From Myxococcota bacterium (GTDB lineage: Bacteria; Myxococcota_A; UBA796; CAJQPC01), in contig DASCPX010000157.1 of NCBI GenBank assembly GCA_036012755.1, forward strand, positions 1 to 64,000: 64,000 nt of DNA. Reading direction: 5' to 3'. The notes under the pieces are model-generated. The model had not been told where the DNA came from and searched no databases. It saw only the letters and a list, made by a program, of their open reading frames with translations. Below are positions 47,798 through 57,077 of the stretch, in pieces. Numbering within the stretch: position 1 is the first letter of the stretch; each line of letters begins with the position of its first letter. The position numbers and the translations under genes are program-made.

Positions 47798-49345
47798 ATG
47801 AACACCCTCACCCTGCGCGTCCTGGTCTTTATCTCCGGGGCGACCGTCATGGCCGTCGAGATGACGGCGCTCCGGCTCCTCGCTCCATTCTTCGGGACGA
47901 GCCTGATGGTCACGACCATCCTCATCGGCTCGATGATGGCGTTCTTGTCCCTCGGCTACTGGCTGGGTGGCAGGTACGGGGATCGGCATCCGCGCCTCGG
48001 CGCTCTCTGCAAGGTCACCGGGGTCGCTTCGGTGCTGGTCTTCGTCATCCCCCTGATCGGACAGCCCATCCTGCGTGCTGCCTCGGCGACCATGCGCCCG
48101 CTGCTGCAGGGCGAGGCGCTGTCCGAGCCTGCCGTGGCCGGGGTGATGATCCTGGGCGGCATCCTCGGCATCCTGGCGCTGTTGGCGGCTCCGATCACAC
48201 TGCTGGGCATGGTGAGCCCGTGGGCGGTGAGGCTTGCGGTCGACGACATCGAGGCCGCGGGCAAGGCCGCAGGCAGGCTCTACGCCCTGTCGACCTTCGG
48301 CAGCATCATCGGGTCCTTCCTGCCGGCGCTGATGCTCATCCCGCTCCTGGGGGTGCGCAACACCTTCTTCCTCTGCGGCCTGACCTTGATGGCCATCAGC
48401 GCCTTCGGCGTCGTGCGGGGCCCGAAGGCCCTGGGCGTCGCGCTGGCCCTGCCGCTGTTCTTCCTCCCAGAAGGCATCGTGCGGCCGATGGACGGCCTCG
48501 TCATCGAGGAGGAGAGCCTCTACCACTTCATCCAGGTCGTCGTGGAGCCCTACGGAAACTGCGAGGAGGCCAATCACCTCTACCTCAACGAGGGGGTCGG
48601 CGTGCACTCGGTGAAGTGCCTGGACCCCACCGTCGAGACGCGCGGGACCTGGGCTTATATGGCCGCCGCGCCGCTCTACCGCGACGAGCCGACCAGCACC
48701 GGGGACGTCCTCATCATCGGGCTGGCCGGAGGCACCATCGCGCGTCAGCTCCTCGAGTCCTTTCCCGGCGCTCATGTCGACGGAGTGGAGATCGACGGCT
48801 CGGTGGTAGAGGTCGGCGAGCAGTACTTCGACAACGACGACCCGCGCATCACCCCCATCGTGATGGACGGACGCATCTTCCTCCAGAACACCGACCGGAT
48901 CTACGATGTCGTGCTCATGGACGCCTACCGGCAGCCCTACATCCCCTTTCACCTGACCACGGTCGAGTTCTGGCAGGTCGTACACGACCACCTCTCAGAG
49001 GACGGCGTGGTGGGGATCAACGTGGCCTCCGTCCGTGGAGTGAGTCAGGGCCTCGCCCAGATGATCTACAGGACCATGCGCGAGGTCTTCCCGGCGGTCC
49101 ACTACGTCGACGCGACCCAGTCCAACGACATCCTCTACGCCACGAAGCAGGCCAAGGACATGCACCTTCTCAGCGACAACCTCGCGGCGATGCCGTCCGC
49201 ACGTGGGCTCGACCAGCTCCGAGGTGTACTGCGGGACAAGACCAGGGGACCGGTCGAAGGATGGGAGGACGCGCGGGTCTTGACGGACGACCAGGCTCCT
49301 GTAGAGATGGTGTGGGATCTCATGGCCTTGGAGTACGCGAAGTGA
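47798..49345 (+). CDS. Fused membrane domain/spermidine synthase-like methyltransferase
   Basis: RLLAPFFGTS, GRLYALSTFGS, LIIGLAGG, VEID, DGRIF, MDAY, LTDDQAPVE. Confidence 0.9.
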   Translation: MNTLTLRVLVFISGATVMAVEMTALRLLAPFFGTSLMVTTILIGSMMAFLSLGYWLGGRYGDRHPRLGALCKVTGVASVLVFVIPLIGQPILRAASATMRPLLQGEALSEPAVAGVMILGGILGILALLAAPITLLGMVSPWAVRLAVDDIEAAGKAAGRLYALSTFGSIIGSFLPALMLIPLLGVRNTFFLCGLTLMAISAFGVVRGPKALGVALALPLFFLPEGIVRPMDGLVIEEESLYHFIQVVVEPYGNCEEANHLYLNEGVGVHSVKCLDPTVETRGTWAYMAAAPLYRDEPTSTGDVLIIGLAGGTIARQLLESFPGAHVDGVEIDGSVVEVGEQYFDNDDPRITPIVMDGRIFLQNTDRIYDVVLMDAYRQPYIPFHLTTVEFWQVVHDHLSEDGVVGINVASVRGVSQGLAQMIYRTMREVFPAVHYVDATQSNDILYATKQAKDMHLLSDNLAAMPSARGLDQLRGVLRDKTRGPVEGWEDARVLTDDQAPVEMVWDLMALEYAK

Positions 49346-49671
49346 TCCTCGATGCCGACCACATCGGCATGCTGCGTGCCCTCGGTGAAGAGGTGCTCGC
49401 CGAGGTCATCGCGGTGTACCTGGCCACCACCCCCGACAACCTCCGGGCCATCTCGGCGGCGATCCTGGCGAGCGACCTGGTGCTCTTGCGCCGCGAGGCC
49501 CACAGCCTCAAGGGCGCGAGCGGAAACGTAGGCGCCGTGGCCCTGTCCCAGGCATGCAAGGGGCTCGAGCACGCCGCGGCAGATGGCCATCTCGAGGAGA
49601 TTCCCGGGGCGTGGGCGACGCTGCAGGCCCGCTACGTGGAGGCTCGCGAGGCGCTCCAGGAGCTGGCCTAG
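49342..49671 (+). CDS. Stand-alone Hpt phosphotransfer protein
   Basis: AHSLKGASGNVGA..L...C..LE; GTGA overlap. Confidence 0.88.
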   Translation: MILDADHIGMLRALGEEVLAEVIAVYLATTPDNLRAISAAILASDLVLLRREAHSLKGASGNVGAVALSQACKGLEHAAADGHLEEIPGAWATLQARYVEAREALQELA

Positions 49672-49815
49672 ACCCTGGTGCACGAGGCCGAGCGTGAGGG
49701 GTACCGCCGACTTCCTCTTCCTTGTCGATCGCCACGAAGTGTGGCGGATGGGACGGACAAGACAGGCTTCTCGGGCCAAAACGCCACAGTTTGTGGTGCT
49801 TCGCGTTCAAAAGGC

Positions 49816-50088
49816 TCAGCGGGCGAGCCCGCTGAGCATGGCGCCGATGCGCTGGAGGTCGCCCTGCAGCTCTGTGTCCAGCCGCAGCATCTGAAAGACC
49901 GCGAACACCTCGCCGGCGCTTCCCAGGGCGATTCGAAAGTGGTTCTTGCCAGCGGCCGTCTTCCGGCCCCGGCCGCAGCCCTCGGCGATGTTCAGGACGA
50001 CGCTATCGGACGCCCGGATGGCCTGGTCCTTGAGGTGGCCTCGCCCCGACGGCCAGCGGGTCGTCGCGACCCTCTCGTTGACCGACAG
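49816..50088 (-). pseudogene. 5'-truncated four-helix-bundle protein (23S rRNA IVP/TIGR02436-like)
   Basis: Manual translation LKDQAIRASDSVVLNIAEGCGR...HFRIALGSAGE...IGAMLSGLAR*; no ATG/GTG/TTG upstream before in-frame TGA at 50134-50136. Confidence 0.8.
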
Positions 50089-50108
50089 GTCGAGGCCCGC
50101 ACCTGAGG

Positions 50109-50180
50109 CTCGATCATCGAGAACGAGACTCGATCATCGGGCGTCGATCATCGAGATCGAGACTCGATCATCGGGCGTCG
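50109..50180. repeat. Short repeat cluster
   Basis: TCGATCATCG x4; CGAGACTCGATCATCGGGCGTCG at 50124-50146 and 50158-50180. Confidence 0.85.
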
Positions 50181-50248
50181 TTGTCGGCCTCGAGGTCGAG
50201 CCTCGATGGGCCGGGGTCAACGCGCACGAGGCTCCCAGGGGCCCCTCG

Positions 50249-51829
50249 CTACTTCATCTGGTTGGCGACCCGCTTGAGCTCGCGCATCGAGGTGATCTCG
50301 AGCAGCTTGCCCTTCACGGCGAAGTCGGCGAAGCGCTGGCCCTTTCGCAGGACCTCTCCGTACTCGTAGAGCTTGCCCCAGACGTTGTCGTACTTGCGCT
50401 GGTTGAAGCGCCGCACGAAGCGGTCACTGGAGAGCCACTGCACGATCTCCTTCGGGAGGTTGTTGAAGATGCAGAGGAAGAAGAGGAAGTTCAGGTAGCT
50501 GCCCTTCGGGACGTGGAAGCTGGCCCGGTAGACCTGGTCGTACTCGTCGGTCACGAAGCCGTCTTCCATCGCCTTGTGGAAGAACTCCGTGCCCGGGTAC
50601 GCGATGAGGCTCGAGGGCAGCAGGTTGTAGGGAGGGGGTAGCGTGCAGACCAGCCGCAGGCCCTTCATCACGTCCTCTGTCGACTCCCAGGGGTTGTCGA
50701 GGATGACGTGGTAGTCGGGGACCTGGATGTAGTCCTTGTACTTGGTGATGATGTTGACGGCCTTGAGCAGCTGCTCGTTGGTCATCCCCCGCTTGTACAT
50801 CCTCATCGTCTCGCTCGAGCCCGTCTGGATGCCCAGCTCGGTGAAGCACAGACCGGCGTCGATGAGCGCCGCGTACTTGGCCTCGTTGATGGTCGTCGGG
50901 CTGCACTGAGCCCGAAACGGCATGCCGATCTCGACCTTCCACATCTCCGCGAACTTCTGGATCTCCTCTGTCGAGGTCGAGAAGAAGACGTCGTCCTGGA
51001 AGTGGATGATGCCGATCTCCGGAAAGCGCCGCATCACCTGCTTGATCTCGCCGATGAGGTGCTCGACCGAGCGCCGCCGCAGGTAGCGCTGGCCCTTGTA
51101 GAGATCGTGCTGGAAGGCCACGCCGCAGTAGCTGCACTTGTGAGGGCAGCCCCTGGTGATCATCGCCTTGTACGCGATGCGCAGGTCGCCGTTTCTGTCC
51201 GGGTAGGTGGGCACGATGTGCTTGAAGGTGTCCCACTCGACCTTGATCATCGACTCGAAGGTCGCCGGATCCCAGGTCCAGTCGTCCTCCAGCTCGAAGT
51301 CCTGGTAGGGCAGGGTGTCGAGGTCCTGGATGAGCGGCCGGTGGGGGTTCCCGACCACCTTGCCGTCTGGCTTGCGGAACCAGAAGTTGCGGACGTCGTA
51401 GTAGTCCTCGCCGGCGTCCAGGCGCTCGGCCAGCTCCAGCAGGGCCAGCTCACCCTCGCCGATGCAGACGACGTCGACGAACTCCAGGGCCTGCTGCGGC
51501 ATCGTCGTCGGGTGGAAGCCACCCCAGACGAGGTGCTTGTCGGGGAAGCGCTTCTGGATCGCACGGGTGGCCTGGAGCGCGACATCGAACATCGCGGTGA
51601 GGAAGGAGACGCCTACCAGGTCGCAGTCCTCGACGAGGTCGACGACGTCATCGACGAGGCTCTGGCACATCTGCTTGATGTGGCCGGGCTCGAAGCGGTC
51701 GCTGTAGTTGTCGGCCGGGAGGAAGATGAGCCGGACCTCGTGCCCGTGCTGCTTCAGGTAGGCCGCCAGCGTGCGCGTGCAGGGGCTGTAGTGGTCGATC
51801 GGCGTGGGGTTGATCAGCGCTATTCGCAC
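50249..51829 (-). CDS. B12-binding domain radical SAM enzyme
   Basis: WGGFHPT, CIGEGE, TRGCPHKCSYC, FQDDVF, YPGT; GTG start. Confidence 0.92.
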   Translation of the reverse strand: MRIALINPTPIDHYSPCTRTLAAYLKQHGHEVRLIFLPADNYSDRFEPGHIKQMCQSLVDDVVDLVEDCDLVGVSFLTAMFDVALQATRAIQKRFPDKHLVWGGFHPTTMPQQALEFVDVVCIGEGELALLELAERLDAGEDYYDVRNFWFRKPDGKVVGNPHRPLIQDLDTLPYQDFELEDDWTWDPATFESMIKVEWDTFKHIVPTYPDRNGDLRIAYKAMITRGCPHKCSYCGVAFQHDLYKGQRYLRRRSVEHLIGEIKQVMRRFPEIGIIHFQDDVFFSTSTEEIQKFAEMWKVEIGMPFRAQCSPTTINEAKYAALIDAGLCFTELGIQTGSSETMRMYKRGMTNEQLLKAVNIITKYKDYIQVPDYHVILDNPWESTEDVMKGLRLVCTLPPPYNLLPSSLIAYPGTEFFHKAMEDGFVTDEYDQVYRASFHVPKGSYLNFLFFLCIFNNLPKEIVQWLSSDRFVRRFNQRKYDNVWGKLYEYGEVLRKGQRFADFAVKGKLLEITSMRELKRVANQMK

Positions 51830-51873
51830 CGTGTCTCTCCGGTCTCGGCCCAATCTACTTTGCGCCGCGGGGG

Positions 51874-53754
51874 TCAGCCAGGGGCGCCCGTGACCGGGTC
51901 GAGCAGGACCCCGGTGGCCTGGCCCGGAGCCACTGCGTCGCCCTCGACTCGCCAGTGGGAGTCGTCCACGGACAGGCCGACGAGGCGCGGCGGCCCCCCG
52001 CCCACGCGCAGGGTGACCCGAACCCGCCGCTGTGCGAGGTCTGCGGCCGGGCGAGGCTCTCCGGAGGAAGCGACCAGGGTCTCGCCGAGCACGCCGAAGG
52101 CCCAGCTGCCCCCTGCGTGATCGACGTAGAGGACCCCCTCCTCGAGGCGAGGGCTGGCAGTGGGTCGGGTGGCGATCTCGAACAGGGCGTTTTGGGTCCC
52201 CTCGTCGATCGTGGGAGGCAGTCCACGCTGCCTGCGCAGACGCCCGACCAGGGCCCGGCCCTCTCTGAGCCCGACCAGGTCCGCCGCCAGGAAGTAGACC
52301 AGGGCACCGCCCAGGGCGATCGGGGCGACGGTCAGGCGCGTCGCGTAGGGAGTCAGCAGCCACACCACCACCCCCATCACCAGGGTCGCGGCGGCGACCC
52401 GCGCGTGGCGGCCGACCATGCGTTTCAGCGTGCCCGGGACTCGCCGCTCCAAGAGGACCAGGAGCACGATGACCTCGACGGTCGCGAGGATGGCGTGGGA
52501 CAGGGGCAGGCCCCGGAGCTCGATGTGTCCCATCAGCCACAGGGCCAGGGGCAGCTTCAAGAGCACCAACCCGATGCCCACGAACATCGGCGTCCAGGGG
52601 TCCTTGAGCGTGTAGAAGACCGGGACGAGGATGCGGTGGCCGCCGATGCCGATCAGACCGATGGCATACATCTGGAGGAGCGCCGCCGTGATGGTCGTGT
52701 CCTCCGGCCCGAAGGCGTGGCGCTCATAGAAGAGGCTCGTCAGGGGCTCGGCGAGCAGGAAGAGCCCGACCGCGCTCGGCAGTATGAGGAAGACGTTGTC
52801 GTTCATCGCCTTGGCGAGCGTGTCCCGGAAGGCGCTCCAGTCCTCCTTGGCCGCGTGGACGGACAGCCCCGCCAGCCCGGCCACCGCTACCGCGCCGCTG
52901 ACGATGGAGAAGGGCAAATGCGCGATGCGGAAGGCATAGAGCAGCCAGCTCACCGGGCCGTCGCCTTCGCGAGAGGCGAGCTGCATCTCGATCAACAGGT
53001 GGAGCTGGGTCACGGCGATGGCGAGGACCGCCGGGACGATGAACTTCAAGAGCTGCCCCAGCGCGGGGTGGCGAGCGAAACTCAGCGCGATCCGGAAGCC
53101 CGTGCCGCGAAGCATGGGCAGCTGGCAGAGGGCCTGGGCGGCCCCGCCTGCCAGGGCGCCGAGCGCCACCAGCACGATCGGCTCGTGCCCGGTCGCCTCT
53201 GCGAAGGGGGTCGACAACAGGCAGGTGGCGATGATCGCGATGTTGAAGAACAGCGGCGTGATCGCCGGGAGGAAGAAGCGCCCGCGGACGTTGAGCATGC
53301 CCATGAAGACCGATGCCACGGACACGGTCAGCACGAAGGGGCTGAGGATCCTGGTCAGCTTCGCGGTGAGCTCCACCTTCCCGGGGACATCGGCGAAGCC
53401 GCCCGCCATGAGATGGACGAGGGGTTCGGCCAGGAAGAAGGTCAGCAGGCAGGCGATCCCCACCACCACCAGCAACACCCCGAGGAAGGCGTTCGCCAGG
53501 GCCCTTGCGCTGGCGGGCCCTTCGCGCTCGTCGACCTCTGCGAAGAGCGGCACGAAGGCGTTCGAGAGCGCGCCCTCCGCGAAGAGCTCGCGGAAGATGT
53601 TGCCTATGCGGAAGGCGGCCGTGTAGGCGTCGGCCGCAGGCGAGGCCCCGAAGACAGCGGCGAAGACCATCTCGCGCAAGAGCCCGGTGATCCGCGCCAG
53701 CACGTTGGCGGCGCCGACGACGAGGCTGTTCTTGCGCAGGTCCCTGGCGCCCAT
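51874..53754 (-). CDS. murJ: Lipid II flippase with C-terminal extension
   Basis: RITGLLRE, ADAYTAAFRIGNIFRELFAEGALSNAFVP, LLYAFR, LFYERHAF. Confidence 0.93.
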   Translation of the reverse strand: MGARDLRKNSLVVGAANVLARITGLLREMVFAAVFGASPAADAYTAAFRIGNIFRELFAEGALSNAFVPLFAEVDEREGPASARALANAFLGVLLVVVGIACLLTFFLAEPLVHLMAGGFADVPGKVELTAKLTRILSPFVLTVSVASVFMGMLNVRGRFFLPAITPLFFNIAIIATCLLSTPFAEATGHEPIVLVALGALAGGAAQALCQLPMLRGTGFRIALSFARHPALGQLLKFIVPAVLAIAVTQLHLLIEMQLASREGDGPVSWLLYAFRIAHLPFSIVSGAVAVAGLAGLSVHAAKEDWSAFRDTLAKAMNDNVFLILPSAVGLFLLAEPLTSLFYERHAFGPEDTTITAALLQMYAIGLIGIGGHRILVPVFYTLKDPWTPMFVGIGLVLLKLPLALWLMGHIELRGLPLSHAILATVEVIVLLVLLERRVPGTLKRMVGRHARVAAATLVMGVVVWLLTPYATRLTVAPIALGGALVYFLAADLVGLREGRALVGRLRRQRGLPPTIDEGTQNALFEIATRPTASPRLEEGVLYVDHAGGSWAFGVLGETLVASSGEPRPAADLAQRRVRVTLRVGGGPPRLVGLSVDDSHWRVEGDAVAPGQATGVLLDPVTGAPG

Positions 53755-53763
53755 CGCCCGCTG

Positions 53764-54102
53764 TTAGCCCGTCCGGAAGGTCGCGGTGGCGAGCAGCTCT
53801 CCGGCGGCGCTCCAGGCCTGGCCGCGGGCACCGCCGGGTTCGCCGGTGCGAGCGTCGAGGTACTCGGGAAAGCCCCGCTCGTTCGCGCGCCGGACGGCCT
53901 CCAGGAGGGTCTCGGCGATGTCGTCCTCGCCGAGCCTTCGCGCGGCCATCGCCCAGAAGCCGTTGACCATCGGCCACAGGCCTCCGTTGTGATAGCGGCC
54001 CGGCTCGTTGCGGAGCTCGTGCACGGCGAGGCCACGGAGGCGGTCGTCCGGCTCGAGCACCGGGGCGAAGGCTGGGACGAGCCCGAAGCGTCGAAGGGAC
54101 AG
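53764..54102 (-). pseudogene. 3' fragment of an (alpha/alpha)6 glycosidase (GH100/debranching-like)
   Basis: YHNGGLWP, FPEYLDARTG, QAWSAAG; no N-terminal region or start. Confidence 0.8.
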
Positions 54103-54539
54103 TACGTGATCATGCCGAGGGAGAGCACGATGTAGCTGACGGCGGACAGGAGGTGGGCGAGGCGACCCTGCCTGTCGGTCCCGAAGCGCAGCTTCATCCA
54201 CTCGGCCGAGGTCATCACGCGGGACCGTCGGAGCCACTTCGCCAGGAAGATCATGAGGAAGCCGAGGCTCAGCCCCACACCCCCTCGGGTCTCGACCAGG
54301 AAGCCCTGGTAGCCGAGGGCGAAGACCATCGCGACGATGATCATCGTCCCGGCCATGTCGAAGTTCGACGTCGAGGTCGAGATGCCGAGGATTCACCAGG
54401 GGATCTTGTTCCCGCCGAGGAAGTAGTCCTCGACTCCCTGGCTGGCCCGGCGGGACATCAGGAAGCCGACGATGGTGACGATGACGAGGAAGCCGCCGAC
54501 TATGGCGGTGTCGACGACACCCAGGTTCACACCTTCCAT
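54103..54539 (-). pseudogene. 5' fragment of a sodium:solute symporter with internal stop
   Basis: EDYFLGGNKIPW*ILGISTSTSNFD...TSAEWMKLRFG; TGA at 54393-54395; ends after about 145 codons. Confidence 0.85.
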
Positions 54540-54587
54540 CTCGCCCACTGCGTCTCGGGAGCGTGGACCCTAACTGGAGAGGTTCAC

Positions 54588-55172
54588 TCAGCGGGGGCGC
54601 TGGTGGCCCGTCGAGCTGGCGACCCGAGGCTGCTCCGCGGAGACGGTGACCATCTGGTAGCGGTCGATGCGCACGCTGTTGGAGGCGATGCGACCGCCAT
54701 GCCCACGTGCGTCCACGAGGTCGACGCGCACGTCGCCGGGAGCGAGGTAGACCACGCGGGTGCCGTAGGCGGACAGGGTCGTGTTCTGTCGCCCGTCGAT
54801 GTAGACGATGACCTCGTAGGGCAGGGAGTTCTGCACCATCAGCATCCCGGTCGTCGGCGCCTTCACCGTCACTCTGTTGTCGGACCATGCCCCGATGTGG
54901 ACCTCCTTGCGCTGGAGGACCTTGCCGCCCTTGCGGCGGAAGACGAGCACGCAGTGTCCGAGGTCCACCCCGACGACTCGAGTCGAGCCATGGGCCTCGA
55001 CGTGTCGGCTGCGCCCATCGGGCAGCTCGACGACCACGTCGATGGGGAGGGGGTTGTCGATGACGAGCGTCCCGCTGGAGCGCTTGCTCGCGGGACGAAC
55101 GTGGTGGCTGGAGGAGTGCTCGTGGCCGGCGAGGGCGGGGTTCGCGGTGAGCATGGCGGCGAGAAAGAACAT
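54588..55172 (-). CDS. Hypothetical exported protein with two similar beta-sandwich modules
   Basis: Signal peptide; GTLVIDNPLP and GMLMVQNSLP repeats. Confidence 0.7.
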   Translation of the reverse strand: MFFLAAMLTANPALAGHEHSSSHHVRPASKRSSGTLVIDNPLPIDVVVELPDGRSRHVEAHGSTRVVGVDLGHCVLVFRRKGGKVLQRKEVHIGAWSDNRVTVKAPTTGMLMVQNSLPYEVIVYIDGRQNTTLSAYGTRVVYLAPGDVRVDLVDARGHGGRIASNSVRIDRYQMVTVSAEQPRVASSTGHQRPR

Positions 55173-55266
55173 CGAGGCCTCCTTGTCTGCCTGGCTCGGA
55201 CGCACGGCAGGCCGGGGCATTCGCGAGGCTGACAGAATGTGACAACGTTCGGCTTCGGCGTCCTGG

Positions 55267-57072
55267 GTGCGGCGTATGCTCCGGCCGGTGCGCTGGACCC
55301 GACGAGACGTGCTCGAGCTTGCGGCGAGTGCCTGTTGTCTGGCGGTCGTGGCGGTCGCGCTGCGATACCCGACCTCGCTGTCGCCGTACCTGCTGCCGGC
55401 CGACACCAACAGCGAGCTGCACGTCCTGCTCGGCGCGGCCCTGGCCGACGGGGAGTTCGGGCACGTGGCGGGACTGGCCTACCCCGCCGGACTCGATGTC
55501 CGTGTCGTCGCCCTGCCGATGCTCCTGCTGGCGCTTCCTCTCCAGCCGCTGCTGGGCCAGGTGGCGGCCTTCAACGTCGCGGTCGTGCTCTGGCTGGTCC
55601 TCAACGGCGCCGTCGTTCAGTGGGTGGGCGTGCGGCTGGGGCTGTCACGGTGGGGCGCGCTCGCCCTGGCGGTCGTGAGCCTCCTCTCGAGCCAGTGCGT
55701 CGGTTTTCTGGGAAACGGGCAGTTCGAGAACGTCGTGCCCGCGGCGCTCGCGCTCGGGGTCCTCGCCGGGCACACCGAGCAGGCCCGCAGAGCGGCCGCT
55801 CTGGTCGTCGTGGCCCTGCTCCTCGCCGGGTTCAGCAGTCCCTATCAGGCTGTGGTGGTGGTTCTGCTCTGCCTCGGTACGTCGATCGTGGAGCGAGGCC
55901 CCCTTCGCGCCGCCCTGTTGTTGGGGGTGTCCCTGGGAGCCCTCCTCCCCGTCGGTTGGTACTACGCGACGGCGACCGTCGGGCTGGAGACCCCGGCACC
56001 AGTCGTGACCGAGTCCCTGAACTTCCTGGCGCCGTCGCTGCGCCAGCCGGGTGGGGGGGAGCTGTCAGAGGGCTTCCCATACATGGGGACCGGTACCCAG
56101 ACCCCGCCGGCCCTTCGTAGCATCGGCTGGGTTCTTCCGATCGGGGGACTGCTGGCGCTCGGAGCTCTGCGTAGAAGAGGCCTTGCGCTCGGGGTGGCTG
56201 GGCTTCTCGTCTTCCTGGTCGCGATCGGACCCGAGCTGCGCCTTGGTCCCGTCGCCGTCCCCGGGCCCTACGCTCTCGCCGGGCTCCTTCCCGGTCTGCG
56301 CGACATGGGTGTCACCTTCCGCTTCGGGACCGGGCTCGTCTTCGTCGCCGGTCTGCTGATCTTGCGAGCGCGCCCCACGCTCTCGGTCACCATCGCCTTG
56401 CCAGCGCTGGTCGGCCTGGAGACCCTCCTGTTCTCGTCGGCCACGTGGCCGTCATCCGCCGGCGTCGCCAACTCGGTCGCGATCGATGGGCCGGTGGGCT
56501 TCTGGCCGGCCCCCCCCATCGCCCCCTCCTTTCCCTCCGCGTGGGTGGCCATGGCCTATGACGTCCCGGTCGCGTGGGGGCCCGAGGAAGGTGTGAGCGC
56601 CTGGATCTACTCGCTGCGGCAGCTGGGGGTCGAAAAGGTCGTGGTGCATCACGGGGACATCGGCACGCCGGAACCTCTCACCGACTGCCTGGTCCTGGTC
56701 GAGGAGCTCGGAGCGGCGGCTTCGGTCTACGCCCTGTCGTGCTCGGGCGCTCCATCCACCACACCGTCAGGGGATGCGCCTCCAACGGTGGACCGACCCA
56801 CCGCCGACGCGGTCGTGCCCGGCATTCCGAGTGACTGGGGCCCAGACGTCGCCGCGGGCGTGGACACGTGGATCTACTCCCTACGCCAGAGGGGCATCGA
56901 CCAGGTCGTCGCGGGTGACGACGTCCCCCTGCCGAAGGAGCTGGTCGACTGTGTCGTCCCGCTCGGAGAGTTCGGCGAATCGGGCCAGCGCTACTCTCTG
57001 TCCTGCGCCGGCGCTCCACCTGGGAGCTCGACTCCGGAGGCTGCGGAGAGCCTGTCGGCCGCCGAGGACTGA
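55267..57072 (+). CDS. Polytopic membrane protein (GT-C/YfhO-like) with duplicated C-terminal domain
   Basis: LAYPAG, GQFE, SPYQ, YMG, AIGP, PGPY, RF motifs among many TMs. Confidence 0.65.
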   Translation: MRRMLRPVRWTRRDVLELAASACCLAVVAVALRYPTSLSPYLLPADTNSELHVLLGAALADGEFGHVAGLAYPAGLDVRVVALPMLLLALPLQPLLGQVAAFNVAVVLWLVLNGAVVQWVGVRLGLSRWGALALAVVSLLSSQCVGFLGNGQFENVVPAALALGVLAGHTEQARRAAALVVVALLLAGFSSPYQAVVVVLLCLGTSIVERGPLRAALLLGVSLGALLPVGWYYATATVGLETPAPVVTESLNFLAPSLRQPGGGELSEGFPYMGTGTQTPPALRSIGWVLPIGGLLALGALRRRGLALGVAGLLVFLVAIGPELRLGPVAVPGPYALAGLLPGLRDMGVTFRFGTGLVFVAGLLILRARPTLSVTIALPALVGLETLLFSSATWPSSAGVANSVAIDGPVGFWPAPPIAPSFPSAWVAMAYDVPVAWGPEEGVSAWIYSLRQLGVEKVVVHHGDIGTPEPLTDCLVLVEELGAAASVYALSCSGAPSTTPSGDAPPTVDRPTADAVVPGIPSDWGPDVAAGVDTWIYSLRQRGIDQVVAGDDVPLPKELVDCVVPLGEFGESGQRYSLSCAGAPPGSSTPEAAESLSAAED

Positions 57073-57077
57073 GCGAC

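Noticed and set aside
49672..49815. Possible small RNA or small ORF with a GCCACA/TGTGGT hairpin
   Set aside because: No recognisable family or convincing frame
49816..50088. Diversity-generating retroelement (Avd-like gene)
   Set aside because: No reverse transcriptase and no TR/VR pair noticed in the window
50109..50180. Repeats as a CRISPR array
   Set aside because: Only two 23-bp copies with an 11-bp gap, built from the same 10-mer; no cas genes
54393..54395. TGA recoded as Trp or Sec
   Set aside because: TGA is a normal stop for many genes here and the symporter is truncated anyway
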